Of a stretch of 64,000 bases of DNA, positions 45,640 to 54,832 are shown piece by piece (position 1 is the stretch's first letter; each line of letters begins with the position of its first letter). This DNA is from Candidatus Obscuribacterales bacterium. GTDB taxonomy: Bacteria > Cyanobacteriota > Vampirovibrionia > Obscuribacterales > Obscuribacteraceae. The stretch is taken from contig JAIEPM010000047.1 of the NCBI GenBank assembly GCA_019748395.1, positions 15,084 to 79,083 on the forward strand, written 5' to 3'. The notes below the pieces were generated by a model that had not been told where the DNA came from, searched no databases, and saw only the letters and a list, made by a program, of their open reading frames with translations. Position numbers and translations under genes: made by a program.

Positions 45640-45825
45640 CTCTCCGTTGATTGGCTAAACATTTCGGTTTTATAAAGTTCTTACACTTAGACACTATTCT
45701 GCTTTTCAAAGAAATTGATTCTTTGTGCGGAGCTCTGTTTCTGATTGAGCTTTCTGCAAAAGAGCTTGAAGAATCAACAAAAATGTCATTTATGGCAGCT
45801 ATTGTCAGTGCAGGAGTAATCTGAT

Positions 45826-47256
45826 TTGAAGCAGCCAATCACAGCAGAAGTTAAATTGAAATGTGCAGTACCCGCTGCAAATTCGTGTGCATCTAAACTC
45901 ACCACGGATGCCGACAACTTTCGATCAGATTGCCCCGTCAAGGTCTCGTGCCGGAAATCTCGAGCACAAGACTCGGAGGTGAATCGGAGAATCTCAAAAG
46001 GAATTCAGATCGTTGCATTGATGACGGTTTTGGCCGTTTTTTACATTTCCACGATTAAGGATCTTTCTGTTGTCTCATTATTGCAAAATCTCAATTTGAA
46101 TTTTATGCCGCTCTGTAAAATTTGCGAAGAACCCAGGTTGCCTTTGGATGAGAGCTCATGGACTTCGCAGCAAATAGAATTAAGTGAGCGGATAGACCAG
46201 CATCCTGACGATTTAATCTTGCGCAGCCAACGTGCCAGCCTGTTCTTTCTTCAACGCCCCGATGTTTATACTCGAGGAAACGACCTGGCTTGTGCTCTTG
46301 CGGACATGGAATTTGTTGTTTCTCGAAGAGGCAATGCTGATGATTGGATTCAGCTTGCTTTACTTCAGGGAATGGCGAACGACCAGCGCTGGGTGTACAG
46401 CATTAGGCGAGCAAAAAAACTTGGTGCTAAGATTCCCGTCTTACCCAATAAGGGTGTGATGGCTTATGTCCAGGCTTGCTTGTATGACGGAAACTTCCGA
46501 CAAGCCAATATTATTCCATGGATTCGCTCAATGTCGGAGCTTAGCGGCGACCACTCGCTGGATTTTTATATTGCTAGAATTTATCTCCAAACAGGAAAAT
46601 ACAAACAGGCTCTTGCCGAATTCAGTCGCCTGATTAGACTTGGTGGTGAAGATTCTGAGCTTTGCTATTATTATCTGATGCGTGGTGCCTGTCATAAATG
46701 GTTGGGGCATGGTGAACTCGCCAAAGCTGATTTCCGAAGTTGCGTCAAGCATGCAAGAGCGGAGGAAGAAGAGACCTTTAAAGCAACTGCAATGGCCGCT
46801 CTGGGCGATTTTAGTATGGAAAGGTGTCTTGAAGGAAAAGAACTTTCCGAGCGAGTTCTGTATTATCTGCTTTCCGATCAATACCAGAAAGCTTTGTCGG
46901 TTACTGTCACAGCGAAGCCATCGAATTATTCCGATGGCGCTTTTGATAGGTTTATGTGGGCCGATTCTAATTCGCAGTTTGATTGTTGCGTGAAGCTGTC
47001 GGATTCCAAAGATGAGCAATTTTATCTTGCTACTGGATTGCTCTCTCCGCGACCGATTGGTTCTCTTGAGAGCAATTATTTGCCAGGCGGACCTGTCTTA
47101 CTATCTCCTTGTTTTGCCGGAGAGCCACTCAGTTTGCATCTCTTGCGCGAAATGGCTTATAAAAAGCTGAACAAGCTTCAGATGGCTGAGCAAGAGCACC
47201 GTGCTGCCATTGCTTTCATTCCGGCAAATATAAGACGTGAACTTGATGTTCGCTAG
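45826..47256 (+). CDS. Membrane-anchored helical-repeat (TPR-like) hypothetical protein
   Basis: 476-aa ORF from a TTG, with a hydrophobic helix IQIVALMTVLAVFYIST at about residue 60. TPR-like pairs follow (FYIARIYLQTGKYKQALAEFSRLIRL...). The start is uncertain. Confidence 0.6.
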   Translation: MKQPITAEVKLKCAVPAANSCASKLTTDADNFRSDCPVKVSCRKSRAQDSEVNRRISKGIQIVALMTVLAVFYISTIKDLSVVSLLQNLNLNFMPLCKICEEPRLPLDESSWTSQQIELSERIDQHPDDLILRSQRASLFFLQRPDVYTRGNDLACALADMEFVVSRRGNADDWIQLALLQGMANDQRWVYSIRRAKKLGAKIPVLPNKGVMAYVQACLYDGNFRQANIIPWIRSMSELSGDHSLDFYIARIYLQTGKYKQALAEFSRLIRLGGEDSELCYYYLMRGACHKWLGHGELAKADFRSCVKHARAEEEETFKATAMAALGDFSMERCLEGKELSERVLYYLLSDQYQKALSVTVTAKPSNYSDGAFDRFMWADSNSQFDCCVKLSDSKDEQFYLATGLLSPRPIGSLESNYLPGGPVLLSPCFAGEPLSLHLLREMAYKKLNKLQMAEQEHRAAIAFIPANIRRELDVR

Positions 47257-47317
47257 CCGTAGCTCCTGCGACAAGACTGGCTGATTTAGACTTGCGTCGA
47301 TCTCAAAGGATTATTAT

Positions 47318-47629
47318 TCAGGCTGTTTTGCGCATTGCATTCAATGAATCAACATCTTTTAGCTCATAATCATGAAGCATTCTTTCAGTCTTTACTTCGG
47401 TGACCCGATTTATCAATTTGCGAGACTCGTGATTATCGCGTACTGTTTTAGCAAGCATAAAACACGAGCCGACGCTGAACATCAATCCCATAATCATGTA
47501 ACCTTTGATCCAGAGCTCTGTCGGCATATTGTAAATTCCAAGAGCTGTGAGACCCAGTGAGGTCGTGAAAGAAATCCATACACAAGCCATCCAACCTGCA
47601 CTATTTTCACTTATTAATGGACGATCCAT
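47318..47629 (-). CDS. YiaA/YiaB-family small inner-membrane protein
   Basis: GGAGG lies 7 nt upstream of the ATG at 47629. Two pairs of hydrophobic helices (WMACVWISFTTSLGLTALGIYN, WIKGYMIMGLMFSVGSCFMLAKTVRD) are typical of the YiaAB two-helix domain. Confidence 0.7.
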   Translation of the reverse strand: MDRPLISENSAGWMACVWISFTTSLGLTALGIYNMPTELWIKGYMIMGLMFSVGSCFMLAKTVRDNHESRKLINRVTEVKTERMLHDYELKDVDSLNAMRKTA

Positions 47630-47850
47630 ATGCAACCCTCCAAGGCGTTTCAAGTATTCTATTGCGACTTGTTAGTCGAATAGTTTTGATAGGACAGTTC
47701 GAAAACTGTTCTGGTATCAGAAGCAGGAAATACCTTAGTAAGGTGCTGCGAATTTTCAATCGGATCTACGGAGCCGGCTGCTGAATTCACCTTTGGACAG
47801 CATTGCTGCTATGATGGTTAGTGTTGGCTGCGGAAGCAGGGCTGCTTGAA

Positions 47851-48567
47851 ATGAAAAGCTTGATTCTGGCTTATGGCACAGTTTCCTATTTGAGTTTTCT
47901 GGCTGTCATTCTTTACATGATCGGCTTTGTCGAAGGGCTGTCTGTTCCGAAGGACATTAATAGCGGAGTTTCGGGACCATTGCTTGAGTCGATTCCGATT
48001 GACTTTGCCCTGATCTTGCTTTTTGGACTTTCACACAGTGTCATGGCTCGTCCTGCTTTTAAAGAACGAGTTACGAAGTTTATGCCGCATGCCGCCGAGC
48101 GAAGCACTTATGTACTTGTGGCAAACATTGCTCTTGCTATTTTGTTTTGGCAGTGGCGACCAATCAGCACTCCCATTTGGAGCTTTTCAGGTATAGCTTC
48201 GATAATTTTGCTTGCGATTTCGATGCTGGGTTGGGTGCTAGTCTTTTGGTCGACTTTCTTAATTGACCATTTTGACTTGTTCGGAATGCGTCAGGTCTGG
48301 CTCAATTATCGTGGTATTGAATACAGTGCGCACCCTTTTGTTGTGCGAGGTCTATACAAATATGTTAGGCACCCACTAATGCTGGGATTTCTAATTGCAT
48401 TCTGGGTTACGCCAAATATGACTCTTGGGCACTTGTTGTTTGCCCTGTTGATGACTGTCTATATTTTCATCGGCGTTATTCATGAAGAACGCGATCTTGC
48501 CAGATCTCTGGGTGACAATTATGCGAGCTATAGAGAGCGAACATCCATGATTATCCCGTGGAGATAA
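47851..48567 (+). CDS. ICMT/PEMT-superfamily membrane methyltransferase (MddA/NnrU-like)
   Basis: Polytopic protein. The C-terminal signature FVVRGLYKYVRHPLMLGFLIAFWVTPNMTLGHLLFALLMTVYIFIGVIHEERDL matches the ICMT-type SAM-binding region. Confidence 0.7.
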   Translation: MKSLILAYGTVSYLSFLAVILYMIGFVEGLSVPKDINSGVSGPLLESIPIDFALILLFGLSHSVMARPAFKERVTKFMPHAAERSTYVLVANIALAILFWQWRPISTPIWSFSGIASIILLAISMLGWVLVFWSTFLIDHFDLFGMRQVWLNYRGIEYSAHPFVVRGLYKYVRHPLMLGFLIAFWVTPNMTLGHLLFALLMTVYIFIGVIHEERDLARSLGDNYASYRERTSMIIPWR

Positions 48568-48833
48568 CTCACCTGGATAGCGCTGAGCTGAGATGCTCCT
48601 TTCAGGTTGCTATTGAGAGGTCCCACCCGGGTACCGCTTATAGAGCTTTGCGGTTAACGAAAAGGAAAGAAAAGCGCCTTGCGATCTTTTGTCAACAGTT
48701 TTCTTTTTGAGTATTTCCTTCACCCGACGTTAACCCTGTCTTGAAATGATTGGCCGGGATGACCAATGACTTAGTCATCTCGGCAACCAAGAGTTCAAGC
48801 ACGTTACAACTAGCTCCCCTGACTGGAGATTCT

Positions 48834-50240
48834 ATGAACACAAGAATTGTGTCCATCGGCTTTTCTGCGCTTATTTCGCTCTTCACCGCAAGCCAGCCAT
48901 CGCAGGCCTTAGTTCCAACGAGTACGGGAGTTCGATTATCGGAAGTTGATAATCTGTCTTCTGCTTTGTTGGCTAAAGAAATTGAATTGCTAAAACTAAA
49001 TACAAGATTGAAGCTTTATCTGCTCCCTCGCAATCCCTGGTCCGCACGGCGGCAGTCGGGAATCGGTTTTACAAACGCGACTCTCACCGCTGTCGGTGCC
49101 TTTACTAACGGCATTGGGCGTTTTCACTACTTGAACAGCCCGAAAAAAGCTCCATCGCCGCTTTTTGAAAATGCAGGCATAGTTCGCTTCCTCGCAAATT
49201 CAATAACTGCGGGGGCTCAAGTCGTAGAGTTCTGCAACGATACTATTACAGACATCAAAGACAGAAGGCAAGGTGTCAGTCTTTCTATCATGCGTAAGCG
49301 TGCGAATGTTCTTGCGAAGGAGATTGACGAACTCCTCGAAAAACGACACGCCGTTGCTCTAGCTGAACGAGATTCATATTCCGTCTTTGCAAAAGAAGAG
49401 AGTGTTCTTCGAGATCTTCGTGATCTTGCTGCTAACGAATTCGCGATTTACTACTCGGATGCCAGAGGAAATCGCTTCTCGCGGAGGCTGGGCTACCTGA
49501 TTTCCTTTACAAGTAACTTCGCTTCCGGCGCCGGGACGCTGGTCGGTATTGAGGCTGCACACCTGCATGGATTGAAATCTGTACGAAGAAACCACATGGG
49601 TGGAGTAGGCGGTATTACAGATATTGTGACAGGATCGATTAACGTTCTTGCTCCCTTTGCGATCAAAGGCGGGCAGGTATTGCAAACTCGATTGACAAGA
49701 AATCGCATATGCGAGGAACTTAGCTGCAAGCAGATGGAGAATCTGGATTCATTTCTCAGCCATCAGCGTGAATGTGCACAAGCCATTGCCCGTGAATCCG
49801 AGCTGGATGTGCATGGTCTGGTGCTAAGACAGCCTGCATTGAATGCGGCAAGCGAGATTCTTCAGAAAAGATATTCAATGCTTGACTCAGAACGAGTAAA
49901 TGCAAGGAAGCGCTTTTACGAGAACGTAGCTGTTGCAACTATTGCAGGCGCCAGCAAAATCACTAACGGAATTGGCGGTACCGTGGGCGGATTTAAATAT
50001 GCCAAAGATGCCTATCATCGTTTTGAGCTGCAGGGAGCAACTGCGATTAGTTACGGCACCGGAAACGCTCTGGCTGCCCTTGAGACTGCTCGTTTTCGCC
50101 TCACAGACGAATTTAAAATGCTTGAATCGCAGAAAGCCAAAACAGGCAAGAGAGACATATTGAACCGGCAGCTCAAGCAGCTTGATGAATTGCAATCCGC
50201 TCCGCAATTTGCAAGCAATCCAATTATTCCAACAATGTGA
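48834..50240 (+). CDS. Secreted hypothetical protein with recurrent Gly-rich amphipathic segments and coiled-coil stretches
   Basis: I prefer the ATG at 48834, which has GGAG 5 nt upstream and gives signal peptide MNTRIVSIGFSALISLFTASQPSQA. Recurrent segments include GIGFTNATLTAVGAFTNGIGRF, FTSNFASGAGTLVGIEAAHLHG and ATIAGASKITNGIGGTVGGFKY. Confidence 0.65.
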   Translation: MNTRIVSIGFSALISLFTASQPSQALVPTSTGVRLSEVDNLSSALLAKEIELLKLNTRLKLYLLPRNPWSARRQSGIGFTNATLTAVGAFTNGIGRFHYLNSPKKAPSPLFENAGIVRFLANSITAGAQVVEFCNDTITDIKDRRQGVSLSIMRKRANVLAKEIDELLEKRHAVALAERDSYSVFAKEESVLRDLRDLAANEFAIYYSDARGNRFSRRLGYLISFTSNFASGAGTLVGIEAAHLHGLKSVRRNHMGGVGGITDIVTGSINVLAPFAIKGGQVLQTRLTRNRICEELSCKQMENLDSFLSHQRECAQAIARESELDVHGLVLRQPALNAASEILQKRYSMLDSERVNARKRFYENVAVATIAGASKITNGIGGTVGGFKYAKDAYHRFELQGATAISYGTGNALAALETARFRLTDEFKMLESQKAKTGKRDILNRQLKQLDELQSAPQFASNPIIPTM

Positions 50241-50293
50241 GTAGCTGCAATTTTTAGCTGCTGTCGACTTAATTAGAGGAGGTCCTGAAACTT

Positions 50294-51400
50294 ATGTCCG
50301 TACCGGAGTTGGTCGCTATATTTGCGATTGTACTTGCCCTGGCTTTCGATTTCGTGAATGGCTTTCACGATACCGCCAACGCCGTGGCCACTGTGATTTA
50401 CACCAAAGCGCTTAAACCAAGAACAGCAATTATATTAAGCGGATTGTTCAATTTTGCCGGAGCTGTTCTGGTTGGAACAGCCGTAGCTAAAGTGATTACG
50501 CATATTATTCCCCAAGAGAGTTTGTCCTTGCTCATAGTCCTTGCCGTGCTGCTGGCCGGTTTAGTCTGGAATCTTCTAACCTGGTATTTTGGAATTCCGG
50601 TAAGTTCTTCGCACTGCCTGATCGGAAGTCTCTTTGGGGCTGGAATTGCGGCTGGAGGCATGAGCGGAGTTAGCTGGGGGGAATTCAATAAGGTAAGCAT
50701 GGCGCTTCTCCTTTCACCGATTGCAGGCTTCGCCGGTGGTGCCCTTTTGTCGTGGTTTGCAGCAGTTTTAGTCAAGAAGAATGCCTGCGATCGGCAGATG
50801 CCGTTACTTCGATTCGCTCAGATTCTCTCATCTGCCTGTGTCAGTTTCAGTCATGGCGGCAATGATGGGCAGAAAACAATGGGAATCATCACGCTGATTC
50901 TGGCAATTGCGTTTCCTGCAGCCGGTTATTCTCTCAGTCATGTTCCCTTCTGGGTGATGGTGGCAGCAGCCCTGGCCATGGGGCTCGGTACTACAATCGG
51001 TGGTGGTAGGGTTATCCGAACTATCGGCGAAAAATTGACTCAAGGCGAGTGGCACTATACTCATGGCTTCGGTGCTGAAGTCAGTACGGCTATGATCATC
51101 TCTTTGGCATCTGCATTTGGTGCCCCAATCAGCACGACCCATACACTTACATCAGCAGTGGCTGGCGGCGCAGTATCCAGCTATGGAGCCAAACAACTAA
51201 ACAGGTCGATTTTGCAAGTTATTCTTCTTGCCTGGGTGGTCACTTTGCCTGCCGTTGCTCTGATTTCAGCAGGAACATATACGGGCTTGCGCTATCTCTT
51301 CCCTCGTACATTGAATATCACAGTTAAAACTGCACCCGCTAAACCTGCAGCTCCGACTGAGCCGTTTAAGTTTATGCCTCCGGCCAGAGCAGCTTTTTGA
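50294..51400 (+). CDS. pit: Inorganic phosphate transporter, PiT (PHO4) family
   Basis: GAGGAGG lies upstream of the ATG. The PiT signature GFHDTANAVAT is present, with the repeat half HGGNDGQKTMG, in a polytopic protein. Confidence 0.9.
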   Translation: MSVPELVAIFAIVLALAFDFVNGFHDTANAVATVIYTKALKPRTAIILSGLFNFAGAVLVGTAVAKVITHIIPQESLSLLIVLAVLLAGLVWNLLTWYFGIPVSSSHCLIGSLFGAGIAAGGMSGVSWGEFNKVSMALLLSPIAGFAGGALLSWFAAVLVKKNACDRQMPLLRFAQILSSACVSFSHGGNDGQKTMGIITLILAIAFPAAGYSLSHVPFWVMVAAALAMGLGTTIGGGRVIRTIGEKLTQGEWHYTHGFGAEVSTAMIISLASAFGAPISTTHTLTSAVAGGAVSSYGAKQLNRSILQVILLAWVVTLPAVALISAGTYTGLRYLFPRTLNITVKTAPAKPAAPTEPFKFMPPARAAF

Positions 51401-51434
51401 TGAACTTAATGCCGAAGCGAGAGTCACTCAGCTT

Positions 51435-52553
51435 ATGCGGGGTGACTTCTTGCTTTGGAAAGACGTCCGAAATGTTTGTGGCTCAACGAATTTGACAGTA
51501 TCTAAGAAATTAGATAGGATTGAATTATCGCAAAAATTAGATATGGTTTTCCTCCTGGGAGATTTCAATATGTCAATATGTGCAGGGCCATTGGGCTCAA
51601 TGCCTGATCTTTCAGTCGGCCAGTTAATACAAACGCTGTGGCGCGGAGCGGTTTTTGGCTTCATTTTCCTTTCGCTTTCAACAAGTGTACTGGCGCCTTC
51701 TTTTGGCGAGGAATCCCCGGAGATGACAAAAAAAAGGAAGGCAGGCAGTGCTGATTCACAGGAATTCAACAGCGCGCTAAAGCAAACCAAAAACAAATTC
51801 ACCGTTTATGACCCGTCAGGTAGTCGCGTTACAGACATAAAGCGCGGTTTGATGGTTAAAGTCGCTGAGCTCATTAACAAGCGAGGATGGACGCAAGTAA
51901 AATCCGCAGCGTTTTTTGGTGTTACGCAATCTCGCATTTCTGATTTGATGCGCGCGCATGATGAAAAGTTCAGTATAGATATGCTTGTTTATTGGCTCTC
52001 GCTTCTAGGGGAGGACGTAAAAATTACTGTCGGCGGACAGCAAATCAGTTCCTCTCCTGGAGTGAAAGATCCGCAGAGTATTGAGGAAAGCATAGCCTAC
52101 TATTCAAGAGCAATTGATTTGAACCCGAGTGACTTTGGACCGCTTACCGAGCGAGCTTTTGTTTATCATGATGCCGGTCGCTTTGATCTTGCCATTGCCG
52201 ACATGAGCAGATGCATTGAGTTAGAACCGGAGCGACCCGGACCGAAATTTAATCGGGCGCTTTTTTATTTTGATGCGGGAAAATTTGACTTGAGTCTTGA
52301 AGACTGCGATCGTCTGATAGCTCAGCACCCTGATTATGCTTTCGGCTGGGGATTACGCGGTCAGGTTTATGAAAAGCTTGGCAAGAATGATCATGCTCTG
52401 GCCGATTACAGCAAAGCCATCGAAATAGAACCGGAAATTCCCGGTGCATATTATCGAGAAAGGGCTGCGCTATACAAAAAGCTTGGACAAAGCGGCAAGG
52501 CCGATGCTGATTTGCTTAAGCTGAGCAAACTTCAACAGAAAGACAAGCGTTAG
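51435..52553 (+). CDS. XRE-type HTH (HTH_37/HigA-like) domain fused to C-terminal TPR repeats; start uncertain
   Basis: HTH region IKRGLMVKVAELINKRGWTQVKSAAFFGVTQSRISDLMRAHDEKFSIDMLVYWLSLLGEDVKITV. Four to five TPR units follow (AIDLNPSDFGPLTERAFVYHDAGRFDLAIADMSRCIELEP...). An alternative ATG at 51723 removes a hydrophobic N-terminal segment. Confidence 0.7.
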   Translation: MRGDFLLWKDVRNVCGSTNLTVSKKLDRIELSQKLDMVFLLGDFNMSICAGPLGSMPDLSVGQLIQTLWRGAVFGFIFLSLSTSVLAPSFGEESPEMTKKRKAGSADSQEFNSALKQTKNKFTVYDPSGSRVTDIKRGLMVKVAELINKRGWTQVKSAAFFGVTQSRISDLMRAHDEKFSIDMLVYWLSLLGEDVKITVGGQQISSSPGVKDPQSIEESIAYYSRAIDLNPSDFGPLTERAFVYHDAGRFDLAIADMSRCIELEPERPGPKFNRALFYFDAGKFDLSLEDCDRLIAQHPDYAFGWGLRGQVYEKLGKNDHALADYSKAIEIEPEIPGAYYRERAALYKKLGQSGKADADLLKLSKLQQKDKR

Positions 52554-52581
52554 CTGCTTGTTCTTTGTTTGTCAAAACTTG

Positions 52582-53472
52582 TCAATTGATAGTGCGTTGT
52601 TTAATTGCTTTTGCAATTGCCGCGGCAATTAAACTGCCTGCTACGACAATCGAAAGCCCTATACCAACTGCTACATAAATGAGCGTTTTTGTTAGATCGT
52701 TTACCGCTTTGTCGAGCCCCTCAACCTGCGTCTCTAAGCTCTGCACAGGTGTTGCTAGATTCCTGGGAATTGACTCTAATGGCTGTTTTAATTCTGCTAT
52801 TGAACGGTTCAATGAAATTACATTGGCGTTCAAACTTCTAATTGGTTTGGCTAGATCATCAGTCGTCCTTGAAAGTCCGGATAATCTGGGGCTTAAGTCA
52901 TTCAGTTCGGAACTTATGCCATTAATTGGTTGGCTTAGATTCCGAATTGGATCTCTTAACTGAGTTATTGGAGACTGAAGCTCGCTAAGCGGTTTCTCCA
53001 GTTTTGATAGCGGCTGTTGCAGCATAGTAAGCGGCTGTTGTAGAGCGGCAATGGGCTGCTGTAGTTTTGAGATTGGCTGTTGAAGATTGTTAATAGGCAA
53101 CTGCAAGTTTGTAATTGGATCTTTCAAATCAGCTATAGGCTTCTGCAAATTGTAGATTGGGACTTCCAGACCTTCTATGGGGCGCTCCAGCTCTTCAATT
53201 GGACGTTTGAGTTCTATAACATTGGCTTTGAAGCCTTCGACTACCCGACCAATCTTCAGCTCATGAAGCATCTTAACAAATTTCAGTGGGTGGAATGCGT
53301 AGTCACATTCGGACGAACTCTCTGTAACTTGACGAGAGTTCGTCTTGGGCTGCGCGGCACTCGTTTTAGCTTCCATCCCTGAGCTTGCAATCTTTGCTTC
53401 AGCAGAAGATACAGAGATGGCAGAAAAGACGGCGAGAAGAGTAGCAGAAATAGCTGTGTTTGCATGATTCAT
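52582..53472 (-). CDS. Secreted, C-terminally membrane-anchored protein made of LxxP(I/L)xx heptad repeats
   Basis: Signal peptide MNHANTAISATLLAVFSAISVSSAEA. There are 14 in-phase heptads plus about 10 degenerate ones. The C-terminal helix is LIYVAVGIGLSIVVAGSLIAAAIA. Confidence 0.8.
   Translation of the reverse strand: MNHANTAISATLLAVFSAISVSSAEAKIASSGMEAKTSAAQPKTNSRQVTESSSECDYAFHPLKFVKMLHELKIGRVVEGFKANVIELKRPIEELERPIEGLEVPIYNLQKPIADLKDPITNLQLPINNLQQPISKLQQPIAALQQPLTMLQQPLSKLEKPLSELQSPITQLRDPIRNLSQPINGISSELNDLSPRLSGLSRTTDDLAKPIRSLNANVISLNRSIAELKQPLESIPRNLATPVQSLETQVEGLDKAVNDLTKTLIYVAVGIGLSIVVAGSLIAAAIAKAIKQRTIN
52687..53211 (-). repeat. In-frame 21-bp (7-codon) periodic repeats
   Basis: Residues 88-185 (52918-53211) read LKRPIEE LERPIEG LEVPIYN LQKPIAD LKDPITN LQLPINN LQQPISK LQQPIAA LQQPLTM LQQPLSK LEKPLSE LQSPITQ LRDPIRN LSQPING. 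Degenerate heptads continue to about residue 262. Confidence 0.85.
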
Positions 53473-53707
53473 CGTCTAGCCTCTTTTAAGGGACTGCCAT
53501 TATCAATAGACTAACTTTTAGTCGTGAGGACGATGTGAGTGCCTTTGCTTTCGTTCTACATTCGTCTGACCTGAATTTAGCGCCGATTTAACGCAAGGCG
53601 CAATTCCGCTTAACCTCGCAGCGACTATCATTCCGGCATGCTCAATTTTTCAGTTGTCATTGAAAGACAAGAGCATTTTCTATTCTCAATTAACTCGGGG
53701 AAAAACA

Positions 53708-54637
53708 ATGTCACTAAATCGCAAAAGACTATTGTCCATAAGTGCGGCTTCAGCGTTCATGATTTCATCAATCCTCGCTCTGCCCGGCATATCTTCACCT
53801 GCCGATCACCTTAGTGCCGGCTTGAGCAAAAGTGAACTCGCTAAAGTTCAAGGGGAAGTCGGTATTGCTGTCATTGACACAGCAAGAAACAAACAATTTC
53901 TCGTTAATGAAACAAAGCAGTTTCCGATGCAAAGTGTAATTAAGTTGCCGATTTCATTAGCAGTATTGAGGCTGGTGGATGAAGGAAAACTTTCCTTACA
54001 GGATAAGATCACGGTGCAGAAGAAGGATATCATTCCTACAAACAGTCCTATAAAGGAAGTGTTGAAAGCTAAGCAAGCTGATTTCACAGTGCAAGATCTG
54101 ATAAGTCGAACTATTCGAGACAGTGATAATACTGCTTGCGACGCTCTGGTAAATCATGTCGGCGGAGCGGGCGTTATAAATGAAAAACTGGTAGAAGCGG
54201 GCATCAAAGGTATAAGAGTAGATCGCCCAATTAAGACCATGGCGACTGATTGCATGCAGATTTCCAAGTTTCTATCAGATCCAAGAGATACTGCCGAACC
54301 GGAAGCAATCACCGATCTCCTGCAAAAGCTGAATAGCGGCAATTTGCTTTCCAAAAGTTCAACAGCTTTACTTATGGAAGATTTGTTCAACTGCAAGACA
54401 GGAACAAACCGGTTGAAAGCCGGTCTTCCTGCGGGCTGGACTCTGGCGCATAAAACAGGAACCGGTGCTGATGTTTCCGGAAAGAACATTGCCACTAACG
54501 ACGTAGGTGTAATGGTGGGTCCCAAAGGCGAGACTATTTACATTGCCGTATTCACAAAAGGTTCTCAGGCAAAAATAGAAGTGCGCGAGGCTTTAATGGC
54601 AAAAATTGCTGCCAAAGCCGCAGCGGGTGAACTATAA
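53708..54637 (+). CDS. Class A beta-lactamase-fold serine protein, apparently lacking the Omega-loop Glu166 (PBP-A-like)
   Basis: GGGGA lies upstream of the ATG at 53708, which gives signal peptide MSLNRKRLLSISAASAFMISSILALPGISSP. Motifs SVIK (SxxK), SDN and KTG are present. The Omega-loop region reads VDRPIKTMATD, where class A enzymes have R-x-E-x-x-L-N. Confidence 0.8.
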   Translation: MSLNRKRLLSISAASAFMISSILALPGISSPADHLSAGLSKSELAKVQGEVGIAVIDTARNKQFLVNETKQFPMQSVIKLPISLAVLRLVDEGKLSLQDKITVQKKDIIPTNSPIKEVLKAKQADFTVQDLISRTIRDSDNTACDALVNHVGGAGVINEKLVEAGIKGIRVDRPIKTMATDCMQISKFLSDPRDTAEPEAITDLLQKLNSGNLLSKSSTALLMEDLFNCKTGTNRLKAGLPAGWTLAHKTGTGADVSGKNIATNDVGVMVGPKGETIYIAVFTKGSQAKIEVREALMAKIAAKAAAGEL

Positions 54638-54832
54638 AGTCAGAGCTTTAACTCATTCGGCTGCTCGCTTGTCTTGTTGGAGGCAGGCGAACAGCCTTAT
54701 GCATAGAGCAGCATGGTTTATGCAAAGAATGCCAAAGCCTTGCTGAATATCTTCAAAAGACGGGGCGACAGGTTGTATACTGCTAAGTTTGCTGCTGCCC
54801 CTCCTCGGCGCTTGAACATAAAGGAATAAGCC

